Shown: in pieces, positions 51,263 through 64,000 of the stretch
How the letters are laid out: each line of letters begins with the position of its first letter
Numbering within the stretch: the first letter of the stretch is position 1
Assembly (NCBI RefSeq): GCF_001194135.2
Contig: NC_069004.1
Location: forward strand, 16,180,754 to 16,244,753
Length of the DNA: 64,000 nt
Source of the DNA: Octopus bimaculoides
Taxonomy: Eukaryota
Direction: 5' to 3'
Translations under genes and position numbers: made by a program
Notes under the pieces: model-generated
The model's input: the letters and a program-made list of their open reading frames with translations, nothing else
Database searches by the model: none
What the model was told of the DNA's origin: nothing

Positions 51263-52489
51263 GTTTGTGTGTGTGCATATATGTGTTTGTGTGTGTATTT
51301 ATTTATTTATTTATGTATATATGTGTGTTTAATTGTGTATACGTATGTATTTTTATATATATACACATACATGTATGTATATGTGTGTGTGAATGAGTGA
51401 ATGTATGCACACCTATATAAATGGAGAGAAATATTCACACACTTTAAAGAATAGCAATATTTGCTAGGTTAAGAGAGCCTAGAGCAAATTGTTATACTCT
51501 CACTGCAACTTCTCAGTAAAGACATGCAGAATTAATCCTGTGTACTTGCCTGTCTAGTATACACAAGATTCATGGGTACATGTGAAGGCCAGCTCTTACA
51601 GTACTGGCTGTTGGTTATCCAAAACGTAATCATAGGCTTGTGAAAATTTCCCACATGAAAAAATTCCTGAATGTCAAAGTCCTTTGTGTTTTACTTTATG
51701 TTATTTCTTTTGTTTTAATGAAATGTGTGGATCCCCAGAAATTGTAAAGTTATTCTGGGAAAATACTTCCGTTAGTGTTAGCCATGGGTCCACCTTGTTT
51801 TGTTGTACTATTATGATTATTATTATTTGTAGGAGTAGTGCAGTTGGAGAAGATTTGAGTCCAAAAACTTGGTCATTTATAGCATGAAAGTTCACTTTCT
51901 TCAGGTACATCTGGGTACTACCCTTCTCAGTAACATTTTGCTTTCCACACTGCATTGGATTTTTGTATACTGAGTTCAAATTCTGCTGAGATTGACTTGG
52001 TCTTTTATCCTATTGGGGTCAATAAAATAAGTGCCATTTGAGCACTGGGGTCAGTAGACTAACCCTATCACTCCCAAAATTTCAGGCCTTGTGTGAAAAT
52101 TAGAATGAATTTTTATTATTAGTAGTATTGTTAGGGTGGCAAGCAGGCAGAATGATTGGCACACCAGATGAAATGCTGCTTAGCAATTTGTCCGTGTTTA
52201 TGTTCTGAGTTCAAATGCCATTGAGGTATACTTTGCCTTTCATCCTGTAGGGGTCATTAAAATAAATACTAATTGAACACTGAGATCAATCAATGCAATT
52301 GACTATTACCAACTCCTAAAATTGCTGGCCTTGTGCCAAAATTTGAAATCATTATTATTCTTGCTTTTGTTGTTGTTGTTAATAATGATAATAATAATAA
52401 AGTAAGGAAACCTTGCTAGTGTCAGTTAGGAATGAGGGAGTATTGAAAGCAGAGAAAAAAAGGAAAAAACAAAGGAAGAAGTACAAAAA

Positions 52490-53340
52490 GGACATGAAGA
52501 AGCATTATGCAACAAGGGACTACACAATCAATTCCATGTAGCCACAACAGAAGTTGCTGGAAAACATAGGTGGGATTGGCTGAAGGAAGGAACATTGGAA
52601 AAAGAAACCGAGAGCACTATACTGGTAGTGCAAGACCAAGCTTTGGCCGTGAATTGGTGGGTCAACCTTAGGAATGAACAAGTGTCTCTGCTGTGCCGCA
52701 TCTGTAACAGAGTAGACAAAATCATTGCCCATATTACGAATGAATGCCCTAAACTTGCCCAAAACCACTGCAAGTTTTGGTGACACGGTGAGATAGTGAA
52801 TGTGCTACATTGGAAACTGTGCGAAAAGTGGGGGCTAGGGAGAAGCAAGACATGGTATAATGGTATGAACACAAACCGCAGAGAGTGACAGGATCAGAGA
52901 CTTGCAAAATCCTCTGGAATTCCCCAATCTAAATAGATCGAGTGCTAGAGCATAACAGACGGGACCTAGTGATGGTTGACACGATACACCACATGTGCTA
53001 TATAGTTAATGTTGCATGCCCCTTTGATCCACAAGTAGTCAAGAAGGAAGGGGAAAAAAAAGAAGATAGTGCCAATTATTGTTGGGTCCTTGGGGACAGT
53101 ATCAGAAAGCATCAAGAGGAATATAAAGGAAATTGGAATAGTGTGTCCAATAGAACTGTTACATAAGGTTTGCCTCCTTGGCATGGCCAGAATAATCAGG
53201 GAAGTATCAGATAATTGAAAAGAACGGATAACATGGTACTGTAGGCTGCAGGCAGCAGGCCTGCTACGCATACAAGACTCCAGGATTTACAACAAAACCA
53301 AAGATAAAAAGAAAAATAACAACAACAATAATAATAATAT
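52490..53340 (+). mobile_element. R4/Dong-type (restriction-like endonuclease) non-LTR retrotransposon 3' end
   Basis: ETESTILVVQDQAL, CRIC..VDKIIAHITNECPKLAQ (CCHC knuckle), HWKLCEKWGL, HNRRDLVMVD...YIVNVACPFD (PD-D/ExK remnant), (AAT)n tail. Confidence 0.8.
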
Positions 53341-54209
53341 TGGCTTCAAATTTTGGCACAAGGCCAGCAAGTTTGGGCAAGGGGGTAAGTTGACTACATT
53401 GACCCCAGTGCTCAACTGGTACTTATTTCATCGACCCTGAAAGCATGAAAGGCAAAGTTGACCTTAGCGAAATTTGAACTCAGAATGTTAAGATGGATGA
53501 AATGCAGCTAAGCATTTTGCCCAGCATGCTAATGATTCTGCCAGCACCCCACCTTCACAATAATAATAATATTGCTATTGTTATTGGTATAGCTGGTGTT
53601 CTGTTTAAGAGAAAGATGTGAGATTGATAGAATAAGTAGAGTGCAAGATAGAATACCTTGAGATACTTAGTTACATTCTTTATTTTTTTTTTTATCTTAT
53701 AACTTTTGTCAGGAGGATTGGCAGTGCTTAGAACACTTCACAAGGCTTCTAGAACTGGGGAGAGAAGAATGTAGTTATCCTCAAACCAGAAATGAGGATA
53801 GACACATATCTGCTTATAGCTTTTCTCTTTTACTTGTTCCACTCATTGGATTACAGCCATGCTGGAGCACTATGTTGAAGGGTTTAGTCAAACAAATTGA
53901 CCCCAGTACTTATTTTTTTCAATCTGGTACTTTCGCTCTCTTGTCAAATCATTAATTTATAGTGATGTAAACAAACCAACACCAGCTGCCAAGTGGTGTG
54001 TGTATATATAGGGTTCAATCTACAGAGAAATGGGTAAATTCAACGTTTATGAGTCTACTATGTGAACTTGCTTCCTCTTGACAGAGCTCCAGTATTAATA
54101 AATTATTAAACACTTCATCATCATATTACATTCATTTTCCATGCTAGTATGGGTTGGATGGTTTGGCAAGAGCTGGCAAGTCAGAAGACCACACCAAGCT
54201 CTGCTGTCT

Positions 54210-55730
54210 AATTTACAAAGAGTACTGCAGGAATTTTTGTCCTTTGATATCGAGATCATTGCTGGATAAGGCAATGGAGTTCACAAAGACTTGTCAATAT
54301 TACCCATGTAGACATGGACTTTATTATGCATGTGTGAAAAATCCTTCTATTCAGTAAGTATTTTGCATGGATTAAAAATCTGAACAGATGAATTGTCTGA
54401 TGTGTAGATGGGCTCATATGATTGTGCTGACATTGTGATACATTGAGATTCAAATTCCCATCCCATGATATTGGTCTATACCATGATGATTGTTTGGGCA
54501 TATGTCACAACTGTGATGGGCTTACCTTGATAAAATTAGGAAAAATCTAATATCTTTAGTCACTTAGGCCTCAAAATTATTGTAACCACTAATCTGTCTA
54601 AAGCTGATTTCTTACATGTTTCCCTAGGCTCTTATAAGCATAAAGCAAATTAGAAATTCATGTATATATATAAACAGTTCTGTCACACCACCACCACATT
54701 GTTTAAAAACTTGATAACCAATATCAGTAATAGGCTATCTAATCCCTCGTCTTCTAAGGAAATATTTGATAAAGTAGACCCCCACTATAATGATGCCCTA
54801 GCTAACTGTGGCTTCAAAGATAAGATATCTTACAACCCTTCAATTAAGAATATGAAACCTAAAAATAGACCCAGGAAAATAATATGGTTTATTCTTCCTA
54901 CTTTCTCTTTGAATGTTAAGACTAACATAGGCAAAAGATTCTTGGCATTGTTAGCTGCTGCCCCAATATGAAGGACATTATCACTTGCAAGCCACACCAA
55001 GGCATGCTTCATAAATTCAGTCATTTATGAAACAAGTCAAAGCAATGCTCCAAAATAATAAAATACAAAAGAAAAATTAGGTTTATGTGAACACAATTGA
55101 AAAGAAAATATGCAAACCACCAGACTTCTTTCCGATACATGGACAAGAAATAAAGCTACTAAGTTGGCTAGTCATGTATGGGACTTGAAGACCAACTACA
55201 CACCACATACAATCAAATGGAACATCATGGTGAAATCCATGCCAAATGGAAATGGATCAAAGCAATGCAAGCTATCTGTGGCTGAAAGATCTCTCATTCT
55301 TTTTAGATTGAAGAATTCCACCACACTGCTTAATTCCAACTCCAGCATTTTAGCAAATGAAAACTGATGGAAAAATTTCTTTTGTCAAACTGAGTCACCA
55401 CCTTCTATGGGTTGAATATACTATCTCACAGACATGAGTTTCCTCCTTGTTGAATTATTCTACATCTGCTCTACTAATTATGATTTCAATGGACAAAGGG
55501 GATGTTACTTTGGGTTTTCTTTCCATTTTGTTTTTCCTACTTTTATTTATGTTTTGTTTTCTCATTCCACCTCTTGCATTTACCTTCCTCTTGCTCTTTT
55601 TCATATTTTTTCATAAATCAGCATCCATTCATGTATATTTAAACTTAAAGGATTGCTTGGAGACATAACGCATGACAAATCTGCCAAATTATTGTGTTTC
55701 CACAGCATGAAACTATTTATAGCTCATATT
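54210..55730 (+). mobile_element. Degenerate Penelope-like element (RT + GIY-YIG endonuclease)
   Basis: ISRSLLDKAMEFTK, DV.MGSYDCADIV, IGLYHDDCLGI (YRDD), RKIIWFILPTFSLNVKTNIGKRFLALL, KLASHVWDLK...IKWNIM...SKQCKLSVAERSLIL. Confidence 0.9.
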
Positions 55731-56006
55731 AAAATACTGTGTATATTAAATGATATGTGTATATTTATGTATACATGTATGTGTGTGTGTATATATGCAT
55801 GTATGAGTGTATATACGCATGTGTATATATGAATATATGTATGTGTATATATGCATATATGTGTGTGAAAGTGTATATATGTATGTGTATATGTGTGTGT
55901 ATGTATGTGTATGTATATATGTATGTATATATATATATATATATGAGTGTGTGTGTATACATGAATGTATACATATATGTATATATATATATATATATGT
56001 ATATAT

Positions 56007-56038
<32 letters not shown>

Positions 56039-56454
56039 ATATATATATANNNNNNNNNNNNNNNNNNNNNNNNNNNNNNNNNNNNNNNNNNNNNNNNNNN
56101 NNNNNNNNNNNNNNNNNNNNNNNNNNNNNNNNNNNNNNNNNNNNNNNNNTCACAATATTTCTCTACCTTATTTGCATCCTTTTCATAGTTGACATTTCTA
56201 CACTGAAGATGGAACAAACAAAATAAAAAGAAAAAGGAAAAAGAAAGTAGTGAAAAACAATGATAAAACTAAGATGGGGTGATTGATGACCTTTTCATCC
56301 TGAAGGTCATTGACTTGATGGCATTGATGAAAGCTGCTAAAATGTTAGGTTTTTCCAGTTAGGGGTTGGATCATATTGTTCTATGAACTTTGTACTCAAA
56401 CATTAGGTGCAGAATCTAGAATCTTTGTTTTTGTGTGTGAGCGTTCTTTTATTC

Positions 56455-56782
56455 TTTTACTTGTTTCAGTCATTAAACTGTGACCATGCTGGGGCAGTGC
56501 CTTGCAGAATATTAGTCAAATGAATTGACCCCAGTACTTATTTTTTAAGCTTTTGCTGATCCACTAAGTTACAGAGACATAAACAACATTGGGTAACAAA
56601 CATATATGCACACATGCATGCGTGCGCACACACACACACACACACACAACAGGCTTTCAGATTCCATCTCCCAAATCCACTCACAAAACTTTGGTTGACT
56701 TGAGGTTATAGTAGAAAACATTTACCCTAGGTGCCACACAGTAGGACTGAACCTGGACCCATGTGGTTGGGAAGCAAACTTC
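56455..56782 (-). mobile_element. SINE family B
   Basis: Colinear with 9300-9645 and 2215-2582. Confidence 0.8.
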
Positions 56783-56948
56783 TTAGATATGTGTGCAGCA
56801 ACACTAATAATTTCTACTATAAGCAGACAAGGAAGCCTCTAGCATGGTTACTGAACTGGGTAATAATAACAGCCAAATTTCCATCAAATCATGTCCTACT
56901 TGTTTAAAAAAAAATAAGGAAGGACATATTGGATGATGTAACCTAAGG

Positions 56949-57236
56949 CAGTGCTTCTCAAACTGTCTGATGTGGCATACTGGCAGTTTTTTTGTCTTTC
57001 CAATGTGCCAGGGACTGGTAATATGTCTTAGTAATACTAATTCATACCAGAAACAATATATATATAATGAATATAATAAAATTTGACAATTTCTTTTATC
57101 TTATATTTATTTTGTAAACAAATAATACAAAAGCATTATATAATGTTTCTTTCTTTACTGGAAACTCGCTGCATACCGGCAGCTGATGGCTCACGGACCA
57201 ACACCAGTCCATGGACCACCACTTTGAGTAGCATTG
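56949..57236. mobile_element. hAT (Charlie-like) MITE
   Basis: TIRs CAGTGCTTCTCAAA / TTTGAGTAGCATTG; 8 bp TSD ACCTAAGG / GCCTAGGG (6/8), fitting the NNCTAGNN target preference. Confidence 0.75.
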
Positions 57237-59019
57237 GCCTAGGGTACATTAGGCTTGGAATAAAGAAAAAAAGAGGAAAAAGTGGTCATGGCTGGGATGG
57301 CTTTGATTGTAACCCTGTTGAATCAGAGATAAATGTCACCACCATCAACCGTTACCAATACTATTAATATCACCACCTCAGTTGCTGTAACCATTTAACC
57401 ACTTCCTCTTTGTTGCATAGCACTGGTACTCTCCCCTTCTTACACATGAAGACTACATTCTTCCCTTCAATGGGCAAGTAGATTAGATAAGTTGATATTA
57501 GGGTTGAAGTTGTAGTATATATTTATATGAAGGACCTTATTGACTGCATTGTACCCCACTTCCTTCTCTCATACACAAAAATAAAATTTCATTGAATTGC
57601 ATGATCTCTGATGTATTGGCTTATTTATTTCATTTGTTGTTGCTTAACCCCAAAGTAAACACTGATCGAACATTCCAACCATGGTCATTCCAGTCCTTTT
57701 AGTAGTGTCAAAGCTTACATTATCTAATGTGACCCCTTCTTATAAAAGAAGGTAGAAAATTAGGTCAAATTTTATTTTTTCATTTTTGCATCATCACTAC
57801 CACCAACCTTCTGATTCAGTTACTTCTAATGTTTAGAATCGATCAGTAAAGAATATAATTTTTAATCCATATTTCCAAGACAAAAACATACTAAATGTTT
57901 GAGTACTCACTCTGCACTTGACACAATATCATCATGTAATGTGATGTGACCATCAGAGCAGGCTGTAGTGGCAGTGAACATTTATTGTATGCTACAGTTG
58001 CTCCCTGAGGTCATGTCATACTACTATTGGGAGCTAAAACACAAATCTAGTGAGTTAAGCATAAAATGTAAATCTAGTATTGTCAACCAGTGTTGTCTTC
58101 ATCAGATGTGACTCATTTAATGCTGCAAAATAGATTTGAGAACAATATGACAAAGCTTATTGTTTGTTTGTTTGTTTTTAATTTTATTGTTTTAAATGTT
58201 TTACATTCATTTTCTCATGCTTGCATAGATGGGATGGTTTTCTGTTGGTGCAATTATCTCTACAGCTTAATGCCCTTCCTACTACTAACCACTCAGCCAT
58301 AGAATAGTAGGAGTGATGCCTGTTTTTTTCTTTTCTTTTCTTTTCTTTTATTCTGTCACTTGGAGAAAAGATAGATAGTAAACTATAGGAAAATTGGAAA
58401 AGTTCAGTTGCTGTAAGGAGTACAAAATATAATGTTTTGGCCCTTACAAGTTTAGAAGTTCAATTTGGTTACAGTGCTGGATTATCTAGCTTTTGGATCT
58501 AAGTGCTAGAAAACATCTATTTATTACCAGAACAGTGAGCTTATCTACCCCCACTTCCTCTCTTATACATTCTCATCTGTAACACTACCAGTGTTAGTGA
58601 CTTAACACAAAATTTTTTGATACTTTGTGGTATATGTGGACTTCACAAGCTGCATTGCAGGCTAGCCATCTAAGAAAGTAGGTGATGATGCAGCTTGTGA
58701 AGTCAATATTTTGTATCCAAAATTCTAAACAAGAATTGATAGGTGAGGCTTTAGTTCTTACCTGGAGCAACTCTCTGTTGCTGGTGGTATGATGAAATGC
58801 ACCTAAGATGCACCTAAGATGCACCTAATATCAAAGTTAGATGGAGTTTTTCCCTATTTGCATGTGGAAGGTGGTGCGGATTGTGTTATATACTAATAAA
58901 GAAAAATGGACATAAAATGATGATTATGACAGATATTAAAGATAGAACAAAACTGTATGCAATGTGCATTAGAAATTGCTGTAACTGTTTTGAATACAAC
59001 ATATGATCTTTAATTGAGT

Positions 59020-59220
59020 CAGGTACTACATATGATCTCAGATTAAACCAGGTATTACATATGATCTCAGATCAGTCAGTTTCAGGTGCAATACATAAAC
59101 TCAGATCAAGTAAGTTTCAGGAGCAACACATGACCTTTGATCAAGTTACTTTCAGGTGCAACGCATGATTTCAGTTCAAGTCAAGTACTACACATGATCT
59201 CAAATCAAATTATTTTCCAA
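59020..59220. repeat. Old 29-35 bp minisatellite (~6 units)
   Basis: CAGGT(A/G)C(T/A)ACA(C/T)ATGATCTCAGATCAAGT... units with divergence. Confidence 0.7.
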
Positions 59221-60824
59221 GAAAAGTATATATATCTCTAAAATTACAAATAATGGTTTCTTATATGACCACTTGATGTCAGGTTTATAGAGGAGGAAAA
59301 TGAGCTGCTTGATATTCATGCTTTTCCCAAGAACCTAGCAGTAGAACCGAAGTTTGAATCTTCTTACTTCACATTTTCTTCCTCAAGCCTTGAATTATGT
59401 CTTGAAAGTCAGTCCAATATTTTCTTGAACCTTAATATATATATGTGAGGACAGTGAGTTGTTTAAGTGATCACATAGAGGGTCCCTTGTTGGCTAGGGG
59501 TATTTAGTCTAGCTCATTGTAAAGCATTAAGTTTAATTCTGTTTTTTTTTTTATATATATATATTCTGAGTTGAAATTCTAGCCTTGCCTTTTATTTTCA
59601 TCCCTCACATACGTATACTCTTATTTGCTATAATGAATACTTTGTAAATAATGAAACCCACCATTTTATTACATGAACACGTGGTCAGTGCCATTTTATA
59701 ATTAAATTATCAATTAATCTCATTTCCGGCTGCAGCTCAGTATTTTTTGTGTGCATGCTATTTATCAAGTCAGTTTCTACAATACCTGCAAGTGAAGGTA
59801 AAAGTTATGCCTCTGCTGCTGAATTCTTATAATCTGAAACAGAGTCATCTCCCTTACTTGTTTGGTCAAAGAATGATGTTAACTCCTAAAATTCTTCTTA
59901 ATCATTTCATTTAACTCTACTGTTTTATATTTCTCATGTTGAATACACTGGAAAGAAATAAAAGTAATCTCCATTATGCAGTCAGCTTCTGTTTGTAATT
60001 AAATTATTAATTAGTACCAGCAGCATACTAGGATAGAATCAATTTATAATATCCCCTTTCCTTACAATAATTAACTTTGTGCCTAATGAAAAAAAAAGTT
60101 TCTATTGAAGCAATAAAGGTACATGCAGCAGTTGTTGACAATTTCATTTGTGTATTTATTGACACCTGTGCTAATGTAATTTGAACACTTGAACAGCTTA
60201 ACTTCGTTTAGACTTGTCAGCTGACTGAAGAAGCTAAGTTACAGTTTTAAATCCAAATTGCAACTGATTGTTTTTTCATTGTAATATTTAACTCTCATCA
60301 CTTTAATTTCATTTTACTTTCAGTTTCTTTCCGCTGTTCTCCTTTTAATGCATATTCCTAACACACAATTAATTACTTTCCTACTCACTCTGGGTTGTTA
60401 TGTAATTTTTCTTCCACACTTAATGTAAAAATCTACCTCGGCAGATGACTAATTCCAGACATTAATAGGTTGTATGTGTATCTTTCATCATTTTGGTTTG
60501 TTTATTGCCTCTGTATCTTAGTATTTTGGTAAAAAGAAATTGATAGAAAGAATACCAGCTTTAAAAATAAGTACTGAGCTTGATTTGATCAACTAAACCC
60601 TTCAGTGCCTTAACATGGTTCCAATCCAATGAATAAAATGAGTAAGATTACAGGTGCAGGTGTGGTTGTGTGGTAAGAAGTTTGCTTTCCAACCACTTAA
60701 TTCCAGGTTCATTCCCACTGCATGGCACCTTAGGTAAGTGCCTCCTACTGTAACCTTGGACCAACAAAAGCCTTGTGAGTGGATTTGGTTGATGAAAACT
60801 GAAGGAAGCCTGTCATATATACCC

Positions 60825-61600
60825 TCGCTGGATAAACCTGTTGCCTAGCTTTCCTCTTGGCTACCTGATATAGCTTTTTGTTGCCTCCATTTCTCCAATC
60901 TTTCCAAGCTTGTTTCCTTGCTTGTATGGCCCTATCCACTTCACTCTTCCACCACCAAGTCACTCTCTGTCTGGCAGAGACTTTGCCCAAACCACAGGTT
61001 TGGTCTGCAGTTTTCAGAAGGTTGTCTCATAGGAACTTCCAGTTGTTCTCTGTTATATGCCACAACCTGTGACTGTTCGATGGACCTTTGAGCTTCCATA
61101 ACTTTCTTTTCCAAACTGGTTTGCATCTCTGCATCCATCTAACCCTAAGTTTGAAGCTGTTAACCACTAACTTATGTTGAGTTATACATTCCTCACTGGG
61201 AAAAGGCTTTCATTTATAAGCATCTGTCTATCCCTGTCTTTGGTGAGGATGTATTCAATCTAGCTTGAGTCCTTACCAGACTGATAAGTAGTTCGATGGT
61301 TGGCTGGTTTCTTGAAGTTAGTTTGCAGACCAGCAAATCATTTGCATCACAGAACTCCAGAAGTCCTGTTCTGTCCTCATTTCTATGCCAAAGTTAAAAC
61401 CTCCATGCACATCATAGAATCCATTGGCATGTTGCCCGACATGACCACTGAAGTCGCCAGGTACAGTAATAAGGTCATTGCAGAAGGGGCTTAGAAACAG
61501 TCTTTCTGTTTATCTGCTAGTCCAGCATGTGGAGCATATGCAGAGGTAAATGTCACTGTTACATTATATAAGACTATTCTTAACTTGATAATCCTATCAC
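60825..61600 (-). mobile_element. RTE LINE endonuclease/linker remnant
   Basis: TWWWKSEVDRAIQARKQAWKDWRNGGNKKLYQVAKRKARQQVY. Confidence 0.8.
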
Positions 61601-61821
61601 ATACCCTGACTATTTCAATCATCTTATCTATGTAATTGTATACATGTATACGTGTAGATAAGCATAGGTACCTAAAAACTGTATGTGTGGTTATGTGGAC
61701 ATGTTATGTAAACCCATAGAAGTGCATACATTCTTTTACGTACTATACATTTGCACATGTATTCATGTGCGTGCCCAACTTTAATAAGGGTGGAGGTTGG
61801 ATGGGCAGGAGAGAGATAGTT

Positions 61822-62447
61822 TTAGCAGCTGCCCATTAGTTTTTGCTTAAATAGGACCCCAGTCACATGGGTTCATCTCTTGGCAAATTTAAGAATTTAT
61901 TCACCCAAACAGGGAATTTAAGTATATTCATTACTACCACTACTGCGACAACAAATAATAATATTCATTGTCATGGCATGTGCAATAGGCTACAGTGAAG
62001 TGATGTGGACGTTAAAATAAAAGTTATTGAAATACTAATTCACAGATGTTCTAGCAATGAAAATGTGAAAATAATAAAGCAATGTTAATATAGAAAAAGT
62101 GAATCATTGGTTTTTTCCATTTGTGGGTTATAGGATCGGAAAGAAGGTGAAAGTGAATGAGTAATTATATTTTATTGACAAGACAAAAGAGAAAAAAAAA
62201 AAAGAAATTTTCATAGGGTAAAGTAAAGTGCTTTATCTCGGAGACAGATTTTTAGCTCCTGTCTTGGTCAACTACAAGGAGCAATTTTAGCAGCTGTTCA
62301 TTGGTCTTTGCTTAAATAAGACTCCATATACATGGGTTCATCTACTGGCAAATTTAAGACTCTATGTACACAAACGGAAATTTAAGTATATTTATGACTG
62401 GCATCTGAGAGAGGCTACAGTGCAATGACATGGAGATTAAAATAGAG
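61822..62447 (+). repeat. Diverged ~160-200 bp direct duplication (61822-62030 and 62289-62447)
   Basis: Shared TTTGCTTAAATA.GAC, CATGGGTTCATCT..TGGCAAATTTAAGA, AATTTAAGTATATT, AGGCTACAGTG, TTAAAATA. Confidence 0.8.
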
Positions 62448-64000
62448 GCTGATTAAGTGATGTTGTGTTAGTTTTGAGGGCATCAGTTGGGAGTGGATGA
62501 AATATAATTTAGTAGAATTACCAATCCTCTAGGTGCCAGACATGGTATTGGACTAGATTTTGGATTAGTGGTTTTGGTTTGTGTACTCTAAGCGGACTAC
62601 ATTGCATTTGGTTGAAGCATTTACCATTAGCTCATAACAGCTGGGCTAACCTATCTGTATGTACTACAAGATTGTGTAATTCACTAATGTAAGCAGCAGC
62701 AACTTTGGCTTTGGTGGCTTGTATGCCATCTTCTGTAGACTAGTGTCTTATCCTGGGGGAAATTTCACTTTCATTTAACATTGCAGGTAGCAATAAGCCC
62801 CTAGCCTATGGACCAGAAGGCATTAGTTGTGGGTTTTTTTACTTGTATAAAATAGATAGTGGTTATTGATCAGTGATACATGTCTCTTGACACTGCTCCT
62901 CTTTCTTCACGGAATTTGTATGGCTCCATTTAACATTTAATGTACAATGAACTGCAGACTATGCTGAAAGTCAAAATGCTGACAATGCAAAATGCCAATG
63001 AGGCAAAATGCTAACAGTCAATTTTATTTAGTAATAATAATAACAACAATAATAATAAACATTCATTTTAAGACTGAAGCATTTTATTAAATACAAGGTT
63101 GTCGAAGAGTGTATTTAGTAAAAATATCAAAATTAACTTTAAAAAAAAAAACTAAAGCAGTTCATATTAAAAAGAAGGTTGCTAAAAATAATTTGTTTTA
63201 AAATTGATGCAATTTATTAAAATAAAAGTATAAATTTGTGAGAGACTGACATTCATATATAAAAGAAATTATTTCAATTATTTTATTATTATAAAGGTGA
63301 GTGATGGATTGGCAGAGTAGTGAGAATTTACATCTTGTATGTTGTGAGTTCAAATCCTGCTGAAGTCAACTTTACCTCTCACCTTTCTGTGGTCTGTAAA
63401 ATAAAGTAGCAGTCAAATATTGGAGTCAGTATAATTGACTAACCCTCCTCTCCTCCCATCAAATTGATGACCTTGTGCTCATGTTAGAAACTATCATGGG
63501 GGCAATGGCAGTGGTAGCATTAAAATGCCAGACAAAATGCCTTGTGGTATTTAGCTACAACCCTTTATGTTCTGAATTCAAATACTACCAAAGTCAATTT
63601 TGCCTTCCAAAGAATAAAACACCAACTGAGTACTGAGGGTCAATTTAATTAAATTACTCCTGCTCTAAATTTTTGGCTTTGTATGAATATTAGTAACATT
63701 AATATTACTATCGTAGGCAAGTCCACATAAATGGGGGACTACTGGCATATTCAATTTCATCCCTTGGTATTCTTATTTCAAGTCTGTGCTAGGTCAGATT
63801 TACCTCCATTTAGGATGGAGTTGATCTAATGCTTTGTAGTCCTTCATTTAAATCTACAACATTGGCAGGCTTGCACATCAGACAAGGGATTATTGATGCT
63901 GTTGTTTGGACATTTCAATATATAGATATGCCTGATTCTTGAAAATAGATTATGTGGTTCCTGCTACTGTTTCTGTTGTTGATACTGATCAGAGATTTAG

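Overview
AT-rich, microsatellite-rich eukaryotic DNA with nine N-gaps. The repeat families look like those of coleoid cephalopods, probably Octopus; this is inference from remembered families, not a database match. No intact protein-coding gene is recognisable. The window reads as a long intron or intergenic stretch packed with decayed mobile elements: tRNA-derived SINEs (including a head-to-tail array at 13.1-15.2 kb), RTE, CR1-group and R4/Dong-type LINE fragments, five mariner remnants, a rearranged Gypsy LTR element, a Penelope-like element (RT + GIY-YIG), Helitron-like pieces and a hAT MITE. The most striking unexplained structure is a set of 200-1200 bp fold-back (palindromic) insertions at 5.3, 6.7, 10.2-11.3, 29.7-30.5, 31.7 and 46.4 kb. 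Their arms carry full or partial hammerhead-ribozyme cores (CTGATGA-stem II-GAAAC-palindromic stem III) reading outward from the hairpin centre, and two are bounded by 12-14 bp target-site duplications. They look like several non-autonomous Penelope-dependent ribozyme retroelement families, one possibly with a tRNA-like Pol III head. All copies seen carry core mutations, so activity is inferred only for the reconstructed ancestors.
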